IMG/VR virus record: IMGVR_UViG_3300027782_000035
DNA length: 64,000 nucleotides
DNA from: a virus
Strand: one strand, 5' to 3'
In this document: positions 28,599 to 37,276 of the stretch, in pieces
Layout of the letters: every line of letters begins with the position of its first letter
Numbering within the stretch: position 1 is the stretch's first letter
Made by a program: the position numbers and the translations under genes
Notes under the pieces: generated by a model
Told to the model about the DNA's origin: nothing
What the model saw: the letters and a program-made list of their open reading frames with translations, nothing else
Database searches by the model: none

Positions 28599-30200
28599 TT
28601 AAATCTTAAACCAGAAGTCGCCATCGACAGCATCAGTAGGCTGAGCAGACTGAACGTATTTTCTAGATGTTCCCCATTTATTTTGTAATCCATCTACATA
28701 CGTAGTATTTGCCTTACTTGAAATTTTATTATCGATAGCTGTACCCATTTGAGTTGTAGTACTATAATTGGCGATAACGTCAGCTATCTTATCTGTAACG
28801 TGCTTAGTAGTAGCAATGGCTGTGCTACTTTCTATAGAAATCTGTGTAGGTGCTGTTGGAGTTCCTGTTAATGCAGGAGAAGCTAAAGGCGCCAATGGAG
28901 ATATTGCAGTAGAAATTGCAGTATCAGTTGCAGTAGACGTATAATAATTTTGAAGAGTTCTATTAATTCTACTGACTACGTATGCTGTATTTGCTAGCTT
29001 GGTTGTTCCAGCTTCATCTGTTCCATCTGTTACAGAAACTGTTGGCGCAGAAGGAGTGCCAGTAAATGCCGGAGAAGCGATAGGTGCTTTTAGATTAAGT
29101 GCAGTATTAATCTCAGTTCTATGTTTTTGAACATAAGCAGTATTTGCTAGCGAATTGCTATCACTACTAATGGCAATATCAACTGCAAACTGAGCACCAC
29201 CGGTAAAAATTGGAGCATTTAGAGGAGCAACAGTTTGTGTTACGTTACTTAATCTATAAAATACATTAGTAGAATCAGTCCATACGTCACCATTAGCAAG
29301 ACTTCCAACAGTAGCAATTCTTGAAGGTATGTTCAAAGATGCACCAGAGCTACCTCCTGCAACTAGAGTTAGTTTACCAACCATTGGAGTGTCACCGCCT
29401 ATGTGTACTACTCCGAGACTAGTTCTAGCGCCTGCTTCTGTAATAGCATTAGTTCCTCCATTAGCAATTGCAATTAAGCCATCAAAATTGTGTGCTAAGA
29501 TAGCAGAATCTGAAATGCCAGCATAATCGGCCTTTCCAACTAAGTCGCCTTGAAATTTTCTAGCAAATATGTCTGAATTAGTATCCCTAAGCGCTATTGT
29601 ACTTAACGTGGAACCAGTTGAAGGAGCATATCCTCTTAATTTCCATACATCTAAATTTGCAACTTCTGCAGTAAGAGCATTTATCTTATCACGAACGGAA
29701 ATAGAATTAAAATCAACTATGTTTAATTTTGTTACTAGGTTATCGGTAATGTATCTAAAATTATTATCTAGCTCAGTTACAGTGAGAGGATATCCCTTTT
29801 CGCCACGATAAGTAATGGATGATCCTATACTAGAACCAACTGGTGTTAAGTTAACGGAGAACTTAGCAAATTCAATCGCGGTAGTTCCAACCGTGATAAT
29901 TCCGTTGGTGCTAATAGTCCAACCAGTATCAGCAAATGTACTACCTTCTTGTACGAATATGATAGTACCTGCAGTTTGTGATGATGCTGCAGCAAAATCG
30001 CTCGCACGACTTAATCTGTAATTCGCTGATACCTGAGTTACGACGTATATGCCATTTTGTATTTTGTCAGATTGCGCTTTAACTAGTATTCTATCCCCAA
30101 TAACTACAGTAGTCCCATCAATTAGGATTGATTCTAGGTTAGTAGTAAGAGGTATATTTACTGTAGTAGCTAATCTTGCTTGTGTAAGAATCTGTGCCAT
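28599..30200 (-). CDS. Tail fibre protein
   Basis: GDRILVKAQSDKIQNGIY domain, PLTVTELDNNF, APIASPAFTGTPSAPT...LANTAYV repeats, C-terminal QPTDAVDGDFWFKI. Confidence 0.75.
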   Translation of the reverse strand: MAQILTQARLATTVNIPLTTNLESILIDGTTVVIGDRILVKAQSDKIQNGIYVVTQVSANYRLSRASDFAAASSQTAGTIIFVQEGSTFADTGWTISTNGIITVGTTAIEFAKFSVNLTPVGSSIGSSITYRGEKGYPLTVTELDNNFRYITDNLVTKLNIVDFNSISVRDKINALTAEVANLDVWKLRGYAPSTGSTLSTIALRDTNSDIFARKFQGDLVGKADYAGISDSAILAHNFDGLIAIANGGTNAITEAGARTSLGVVHIGGDTPMVGKLTLVAGGSSGASLNIPSRIATVGSLANGDVWTDSTNVFYRLSNVTQTVAPLNAPIFTGGAQFAVDIAISSDSNSLANTAYVQKHRTEINTALNLKAPIASPAFTGTPSAPTVSVTDGTDEAGTTKLANTAYVVSRINRTLQNYYTSTATDTAISTAISPLAPLASPALTGTPTAPTQISIESSTAIATTKHVTDKIADVIANYSTTTQMGTAIDNKISSKANTTYVDGLQNKWGTSRKYVQSAQPTDAVDGDFWFKI

Positions 30201-30440
30201 TTACTCGCCTTTAACTAATTGTTTAAGCAATTGCTTTATTTCTTGCATATCGCTTTTAAGTTCTTGTATTTCATGAGATTGCTTGTTAACAATATCTATC
30301 TGTCTTTTCTGAGCGTCTCGTCTTTTCTTATATTCTTCAAACTCATAATTGCTAGTAGAGATAATGGCATGAGAGGACATGTCTCTTATAAGAGACTCAT
30401 GTCCATCTACTTTCTTAAAGAGTGCCGTCATGCTGCACAC
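30201..30440 (-). CDS. Small coiled-coil protein downstream of the VrlC-like gene
   Basis: KVDGHESLIRD...AII...EIQELKSDMQEIKQLL; the start may be the second Met. Confidence 0.6.
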   Translation of the reverse strand: MCSMTALFKKVDGHESLIRDMSSHAIISTSNYEFEEYKKRRDAQKRQIDIVNKQSHEIQELKSDMQEIKQLLKQLVKGE

Positions 30441-33400
30441 GCTATAACTCTGAAGTCTTGTATACGAGGCACCTTAGCCTTATTCGTAGACTTCATTACT
30501 AGTTTAATTATTACGCTATCGAATAAATCTAAACCTTCTGCACTTGCTACTATTTCAGAAAACTCTGTAGATGACTTACTATAACTCGATGGAAGCATTT
30601 TATAATAACGTGATGCAATGAAGTCACCGTCTACACTATTTCCAGTCTTATAATAAATTTCAACTTCTGCTTCATTCGGTATCAGTGCTCCGAACATAAT
30701 GCGAAGCATATCAGATGTACGAGAAAAGTTTATCTTCTTAGTTACATATTTACTATGTGTAGATCCGCCAATTGATGCATACTCTGACTTAAAGTGAGAC
30801 ATCCAAGTAAGAGTTACTTGACTTGCAGATATAATAGGTTTACTAGAATCTAGTGCTTCTAAAGTTAGATATAAGTTTCCAGCACCGTCACGGCTCTTAT
30901 CCGAAATGATTGCGTAGCGAGTTGCATCAGTAATTCCAACGTATACAAATCTAATCATATCGCCAGCGCTCAGGTTATTGTTCAAGTTAGTGAATAGTGT
31001 TGCTGAGTTAGTAGAATTTACTAGCATAGTTGGATAACCATCTATCGTTGGCAATTCTATTGCGCTGCCTACGCCTATAGATACATTACCCGAAGATATT
31101 GGGAATACATCTAAAGCGGAATCATTTATAAGATAATCTGGAGAGTCTACTTTATTGCTAACCATAGTGAGAGCAATTCGGCTTAAGTCTATAACTGGAG
31201 ATATAGAATCTGTAGACCCTGGATTCAGCGTAGCTATCACACTAAGTCTACTTGGGAATGTAACACTTGGATAGTTGATCTCGGATGGATAAACTTGAGT
31301 AGCATCAAAGTCTCTGTTTTCCTTAGGTGTTATATTATATAAGACTGGCGCAGAAGACACCGAATAACTACTACTGTGAGGAATACTCTTTACCTGATAT
31401 GATACTGAACAACTAGCTGGAACAATCTCGCCAACCTCTAGTAATGCAGTTTGGAACTCGTAATTTTCACTTGCTGCTATATAGCCTCCGCCAACTTTTC
31501 CAGTTCCAGTAGAATTAACGCCAAAGTCAATTACATATGAATCAAGTTCTGCAGAAATAATTTCATGACCAGCTGATCTAAATATCGTCGTAGCTAATAT
31601 GCCATTTATAGAATTTACTATCTGTCTACTCATAAAGACTACTTTATTACCCACAACCATTCCATGATTTGGATGATCAACTCTACACTTGCCTGAGTCT
31701 GTTATAAGATTAAAAGGATTGAATCTTAGATTTGTGTATCCTAGCTTTGGAGGAATAAATTCAATTGTTTTTGATGATTGTGTAAACTTAGCTCTTCTAA
31801 TTACAAACTTCATATCTTGAGTTTGATCAGCAGTCCATGCAGATGCATTTTGTGACTTGAACAATACGCCATTATATGGTTGAGAAAGAATTTTTGTCCT
31901 AGTTAACACGTCTGTTTGATCGGTTTGAGAAATCCAAATCTTATAACTGTCAGAATCAGATAGCACAACTAGAGCATACTCTACGCCGTTTTGTACAAAT
32001 ACAGGTGATGAAAACTTAAATGTAGTTGCAACAATAGTAGTATTTCCACCAGCATCTGTTGTACTCAAGTTAACATCAGTCGCTTTCATTTCCACTCTAG
32101 AGAATGGTAACACTTTTGCACCAGGATATCCATTAACAACTTCTCGAATTTCTATACGGCATGGAATCTTAAGATTAGGATCTCTTGCTGCAAAGAATAA
32201 ATCAACAGATGTTAAGAATGCGCCGTTTTCTTGCTGAACTAAGAATGTTTGCGCGAGTGGATCAAACCATCCAGTATCGCGAGTTAATCTTTCGTTTGTC
32301 GTAACGATAGTTTGTTCATCTGAAACTTGTTGAGAAACAACATCAGCAGTTCTTGTGGAAATGATTGTTCTTTGCATAATCTCTACAAGACCATTAGCTT
32401 GATACATTGTAGAGCCATTTGTAGATTCAGTTGCTGCGCGTCCTGCGGCATCAGTAGATGGACTGTCAGAGAATCTTAATTCACGTGTACCGGTTCTAAA
32501 CTTTAAAATAGGATTACTTGGAATCTTAAATATGCCAAGAACTTGTCCAGTGTACGTACTAATTATGCCAGCACCTGGAGCATCCATTTGTACAAATTTT
32601 ACACGAGGAATTTCTCCAGCACCGGTATACTCTCCTCTTAATTCTGCATTTTCTGCTTTTGAGAATTGATTATCAGTGCCTTTGATATTTAATACGTAAA
32701 TGTAGTATTCGCCTTTGAACAATTCCTGTCCGACTACAATTGCGCTTTTTCCTGTTGCAATATTGCCTACATATTCTTTAATAACTTCGCCGTGGTTGAA
32801 TGCAACTTCTACTTCTGAAGTCATGTTATTAGGTTTAATAACTTTAATAGAAATATTTGCGCTACTGGCTGTTACGCCAGTGTAATTAGTCTTTAATGTT
32901 AGTGTAACGCCGCTAGTAACGCCGCTATTGCTAACAGACAATACTTCATAGCGCTGTGCTGCATCAACTACAATCGTGTCTCCAGCAGATATCTGAGTAT
33001 TAAACGATGTTCCAAGACCTTGTACAGTCGCACTTCCATTTGTAAATGTCACAGTTCCAGTCACTGGAATTCCATCAGAATAATATACTGTACGTTCTGC
33101 GTTACTTACTGCAGATCCAGCATTTCTTTCAGTGTCAAATCTAAGAGGATAGTATGTAGTAGGTGCGGCTTTAATTATAGGAGTAATTTTAATTCTAGTG
33201 CACGATTCTATGTAAGAATCTACTGGAATATTATCAAAGAACGCATACATCTTAGTCTCTGGCTTAAATCCAAATCCAGTGAATAATACTGAACGTGGTC
33301 GAATGTATGGTACTATTTGCGTTTCTACAACACGATCGTCTGCTACTCTCGAATCAACTTTATCGACAATGAAAGAGCGTGTTCCAGCGCGAGAGCTTTT

Positions 33401-36400
33401 TGTTTCTACTGCAGAAGTTTCAAGTGTAATTACGCGAGAACCAGCAACAGAATTTGCTTGGTCGCTCCAAACATTACGATCTGTATTTCCAATAAAATCT
33501 AATTCTTCTGCAGTGAATGTGCTACGACTTCTCCAGAATGTGCCTCCATTATTCGCACTACTTAAGATAGTCGTATCCGCCTGTGACCATGCGCCAAGAT
33601 TTTGTAATCTTGTTGCAAGTGATTTAGTTGAAGAGAAATTAACTTGCCAATTATTCCATACAGTACCTAATATTCCATCTGCTTCAGCTTTAGCCACAAT
33701 TGCGTTATATTGCCCTTCGTCATTAATTATAATATCTGGACGATGATGAGTGGAGAACCAAGTGTCAGACCAAGGATTAATAGATAGGATTCCCCTATAA
33801 GAATGCAGATTATAAGGATTTACAAATTCTGTAGTAGTAACTGCTCTCTGTTCTATTAGAACTTCTTCAGTATATGGAAGTGTTACTAAGTCTCCAGAAA
33901 CTTTATAACTTCTATCAACTGCTGAAACGTTTTCAAGCAGCGTCACTTGTTTTTGAGAGAAGAATGGTCTTAGTTCTTTGTTTTTAGAATCTATAGATGC
34001 GTTCCAATCATCAGATGACGCATTTCCAACACCTTGACCATCAAAAGAATCTACTAAGAAACCATTCTGATAGCGATCTAATCCACTAGAATCTACTATT
34101 CGCATATTCTTAGTTTCTAGTTCAGTTAAGCTTAATGCTGTATAATATTCTAGATCTTGTATTCTACGCTCTAGCTTACCAATGTCGCGCATCGTATAGC
34201 GTTTGTTTTCAGCTCTGTCAATTACTACGCCAGGCTTCTGACCATTTGTAAATGTATATGGTTCGTAAGTAATTCTAGCTAACTTCATACAATCATTTGG
34301 CACACGCGCACCAGATGAAGTACCTGGAATACCTCTTGATATAATATAATTTCCAGTACTACTCAATGAAATATCATCTATTCTAGATAGATAATTGTTA
34401 TAACTAAATGAGCCTGTACTACCATATTTTGGTAGATACTGTTCAGTGAATGTCGGTGTAGAACCAGACTGATATGGTCTAAAGTCAATAGAATCTCTCA
34501 GTGGTTGACCAGATACTGATAGGATCTGGTCATATGTCATATTAGACGCAGAGTGCGTATAAGTTCCAACTGCGTTAAATGATGATTTAGTACTTGAAGT
34601 TTTGTTTACATATTCATATTTTATTTGGATAGGACCAGCAGGTACTGTGGCTGAAGGATCTAATGTGAGCGTGCAAGATGCAAGATGAGTATCACGCTGA
34701 CCTGCGTCAAATAGATATCTGTTAGTGATATCAGTAGTATAAGTAGGACTTGCTGTGCCCCAAGCTTGACTAGACATTCTTACAGAAACTATTCTTGAAA
34801 CATATGACTGTTCAAGTGTGATTACATTAGCTTGAGCATCAATTTGTGTATTAATAGATTGCGTAGCATCTGTAATTGCACGAGTGTGTTGAATATTACT
34901 AGTGCCAACTCTTTTCATAGTTGCTAATACTTTATACGGTGTATTAGCAGCTAGTCCACCACTAATAGTTAATGTAGTACTAGTTGTAGCAATAGTCGTA
35001 GGAGTAACTATAGCGCCAGTTCCACTGTTTATAACGATATAGTTATCGTCATCTAATCCACTTTCAAATGTCATTCCGCCGAACGCAGTGTTATTATACG
35101 ATAAAGTTGGAGTAGCACCTGCTGTTGAATTTTGTTGTGGAAGCTGTACAACTACAATGTATTCAGCAGATGAAATCTCAGATACTGCATAATCAGGCAG
35201 TTTATAGATTAATGACGATTGCGAAGGATTATTAAGTACAGCTATTCCGGAATCTAAAATGATATCGGCTTTAAATTCAGTCGAGTTATTTGTAGCAATA
35301 GACTTAATTTCCGCGAATGAAAATCCTGCATTCATCGAAATATCGAATAGGAATGTCTTATAGTTAGTGTTACTTGAAAGATGTTTTTCAAATGCTCTGA
35401 CTCTAGCAGTGCCTACGCCAGTACCAGTTATTGTATATGTTAAACCAGTAGGTGTACCTGCAGCAGTTGTTACAGCGGTTCCACTAAGAGTTCCAATTCT
35501 GAATGTAGTTGAACCATTTGTTTCAATGATCACATACTGTGTTCCAGTTCCATTTGTGTACCCAGTAATAGGTGTTCCTGTTGGAGTTCCGGTTATAGTA
35601 ATTCTTTGTCCAATATATAAAGCTAGTCCAGAAGCACATGAAAACTGACCACTTGTTCCAGTTATTGCTACTGTTGCTAATGTTCCTCCATAATGGGAAA
35701 GAGCTTTAGTGACATAATGTAGATTTGTTCGTCCAAATGTGACTATATCTGGTAAGTATGCAGTATTATTAACTACTACATATGAACCCATAGACATATC
35801 AAATGTGGCAGTCTTTGTAGAAGAAATTGAATCTACTACAGCAGGAACAGTCGTAACAGCGTCAGTGCTACTAGCTAAACCGAGATATTTAGCTAAAGCA
35901 TTAGATCCTTGAGGAACATTTCTAGACTTATATGCATTTAAAAATTGTGTAGCTAGTTTTTCTATTTCGTAACCGCGAACATACGCTTTACCAGCTTCAA
36001 CGCCATGTGTAACCATTCCATTTAGATGTATATGATCATTTAAAGTAAAATTAGCATATTCGGAACTACCGGAAGTAAATGTTACTAAACCCTGATTAAA
36101 GTTTGGATAACGAGAATATTCCCATCTAACGCCATTATCATCTACATAATCTGCTGATCCATTTACGGCAGATGTAAAAGCAGTTGAAGGTCTAGTGTTG
36201 CCAGTCACTCCAGACTTTACAGCAACAAAATACCAAAATCCTAAACCGCCATCAGAAATTTTGATAAGATCGCCTTGAATAAACTTTTCTCCAGCAGCCC
36301 AATCTCCTCTGAGATTGTTTCTATATTCTTTAGCTTGAATATTGAATGGATCTAGTGCATAGTCTCCAGATTCATCATACGTTCTACGTGCAAGAGTTTT

Positions 36401-37264
36401 TTCAATCTCGGCATAATTTGTTCTATCGATCTTAAATATAACATTGCCATTTTGCAATCTTAATAGATCGATAAACTCTGTAGAAGTCTCTGAAGTTAAT
36501 GAAAGTTTTGTTAGGACTAAATCTACATAATGACGAGCTGCACCAGGCGCAGCGTAATTTGGAGATCCTAAAGCGTTGTCAAGAAGTTGTTCGTTGTCTT
36601 CTGGATAAATAACGCTTTCGTTAAATTGTAATCCAACTCTATAAGATGGACTATTCGTGTATTTGTCTAAAATAACAGTTTGTTCAGTTACAAGTACAAA
36701 CTTTTTCTTAATATAGTATATGCCGCGTTGAATCGTTGCAGCACATCCCTTTCCTATAGGAACAACAGTAGTTGCCGTTTCACCCGCAACAGTGACAGCT
36801 AATTCTGGATTTCCAGTAGGAGCAAGAGATTCTGCAACATCAAATGTGCTAATGTTATTTCCAGTAGCAGGATCTTGTACTGAATTAAGATACTTAACAA
36901 AAATAGTGGCAGGATCATCACCTTCTGGTAATGTATAATTCATTACTATTGCGCTAAGACCGGATGCGTTCTTAATCTCTAGTCCTACTAACTTACTTAA
37001 AATGGATTCTACGTTAGCGCCAGCAGAGAATGTTAGTGCAACATAATTATAATTCAAGTCATAAGCAATCTGGCCTGGGATAACCATAGCACCTTCTTTG
37101 AAGATGTGATCACCATGACGACGAATTTGCTCTTGAAGAATTGTTTGAAGCTGTGTTAGCTCTCGCGCCTGTACGGCATAACCAGGTCGAAAAAGAATTT
37201 TATGATATTTGTCATCTTCGGAATAATCGTCGAAGAATGGTTCAATAGAAAAGTCTAGTGCCAT
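30428..37264 (-). CDS. Large baseplate/virion structural protein (VrlC/DUF4815-like)
   Basis: PFFDDY...KILFRPGYAVQARELTQLQTILQ; RYTMRDIGKLERRIQDLEYY; DPLAQTF...FLTSVDLFF; WTADQTQDMKF. Confidence 0.85.
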   Translation of the reverse strand: MALDFSIEPFFDDYSEDDKYHKILFRPGYAVQARELTQLQTILQEQIRRHGDHIFKEGAMVIPGQIAYDLNYNYVALTFSAGANVESILSKLVGLEIKNASGLSAIVMNYTLPEGDDPATIFVKYLNSVQDPATGNNISTFDVAESLAPTGNPELAVTVAGETATTVVPIGKGCAATIQRGIYYIKKKFVLVTEQTVILDKYTNSPSYRVGLQFNESVIYPEDNEQLLDNALGSPNYAAPGAARHYVDLVLTKLSLTSETSTEFIDLLRLQNGNVIFKIDRTNYAEIEKTLARRTYDESGDYALDPFNIQAKEYRNNLRGDWAAGEKFIQGDLIKISDGGLGFWYFVAVKSGVTGNTRPSTAFTSAVNGSADYVDDNGVRWEYSRYPNFNQGLVTFTSGSSEYANFTLNDHIHLNGMVTHGVEAGKAYVRGYEIEKLATQFLNAYKSRNVPQGSNALAKYLGLASSTDAVTTVPAVVDSISSTKTATFDMSMGSYVVVNNTAYLPDIVTFGRTNLHYVTKALSHYGGTLATVAITGTSGQFSCASGLALYIGQRITITGTPTGTPITGYTNGTGTQYVIIETNGSTTFRIGTLSGTAVTTAAGTPTGLTYTITGTGVGTARVRAFEKHLSSNTNYKTFLFDISMNAGFSFAEIKSIATNNSTEFKADIILDSGIAVLNNPSQSSLIYKLPDYAVSEISSAEYIVVVQLPQQNSTAGATPTLSYNNTAFGGMTFESGLDDDNYIVINSGTGAIVTPTTIATTSTTLTISGGLAANTPYKVLATMKRVGTSNIQHTRAITDATQSINTQIDAQANVITLEQSYVSRIVSVRMSSQAWGTASPTYTTDITNRYLFDAGQRDTHLASCTLTLDPSATVPAGPIQIKYEYVNKTSSTKSSFNAVGTYTHSASNMTYDQILSVSGQPLRDSIDFRPYQSGSTPTFTEQYLPKYGSTGSFSYNNYLSRIDDISLSSTGNYIISRGIPGTSSGARVPNDCMKLARITYEPYTFTNGQKPGVVIDRAENKRYTMRDIGKLERRIQDLEYYTALSLTELETKNMRIVDSSGLDRYQNGFLVDSFDGQGVGNASSDDWNASIDSKNKELRPFFSQKQVTLLENVSAVDRSYKVSGDLVTLPYTEEVLIEQRAVTTTEFVNPYNLHSYRGILSINPWSDTWFSTHHRPDIIINDEGQYNAIVAKAEADGILGTVWNNWQVNFSSTKSLATRLQNLGAWSQADTTILSSANNGGTFWRSRSTFTAEELDFIGNTDRNVWSDQANSVAGSRVITLETSAVETKSSRAGTRSFIVDKVDSRVADDRVVETQIVPYIRPRSVLFTGFGFKPETKMYAFFDNIPVDSYIESCTRIKITPIIKAAPTTYYPLRFDTERNAGSAVSNAERTVYYSDGIPVTGTVTFTNGSATVQGLGTSFNTQISAGDTIVVDAAQRYEVLSVSNSGVTSGVTLTLKTNYTGVTASSANISIKVIKPNNMTSEVEVAFNHGEVIKEYVGNIATGKSAIVVGQELFKGEYYIYVLNIKGTDNQFSKAENAELRGEYTGAGEIPRVKFVQMDAPGAGIISTYTGQVLGIFKIPSNPILKFRTGTRELRFSDSPSTDAAGRAATESTNGSTMYQANGLVEIMQRTIISTRTADVVSQQVSDEQTIVTTNERLTRDTGWFDPLAQTFLVQQENGAFLTSVDLFFAARDPNLKIPCRIEIREVVNGYPGAKVLPFSRVEMKATDVNLSTTDAGGNTTIVATTFKFSSPVFVQNGVEYALVVLSDSDSYKIWISQTDQTDVLTRTKILSQPYNGVLFKSQNASAWTADQTQDMKFVIRRAKFTQSSKTIEFIPPKLGYTNLRFNPFNLITDSGKCRVDHPNHGMVVGNKVVFMSRQIVNSINGILATTIFRSAGHEIISAELDSYVIDFGVNSTGTGKVGGGYIAASENYEFQTALLEVGEIVPASCSVSYQVKSIPHSSSYSVSSAPVLYNITPKENRDFDATQVYPSEINYPSVTFPSRLSVIATLNPGSTDSISPVIDLSRIALTMVSNKVDSPDYLINDSALDVFPISSGNVSIGVGSAIELPTIDGYPTMLVNSTNSATLFTNLNNNLSAGDMIRFVYVGITDATRYAIISDKSRDGAGNLYLTLEALDSSKPIISASQVTLTWMSHFKSEYASIGGSTHSKYVTKKINFSRTSDMLRIMFGALIPNEAEVEIYYKTGNSVDGDFIASRYYKMLPSSYSKSSTEFSEIVASAEGLDLFDSVIIKLVMKSTNKAKVPRIQDFRVIACAA
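35425..35690 (-). repeat. Copy of the ~85-aa inserted module (GQFSC...TNGSTTF...TGL)
   Basis: Protein similarity to copies at ~38505-38777, ~39180-39430 and ~51890-52155; 35546-35597 matches 39296-39347 at 51/52 nt. Confidence 0.75.
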
Positions 37265-37276
37265 GTTTTTTTTCTC

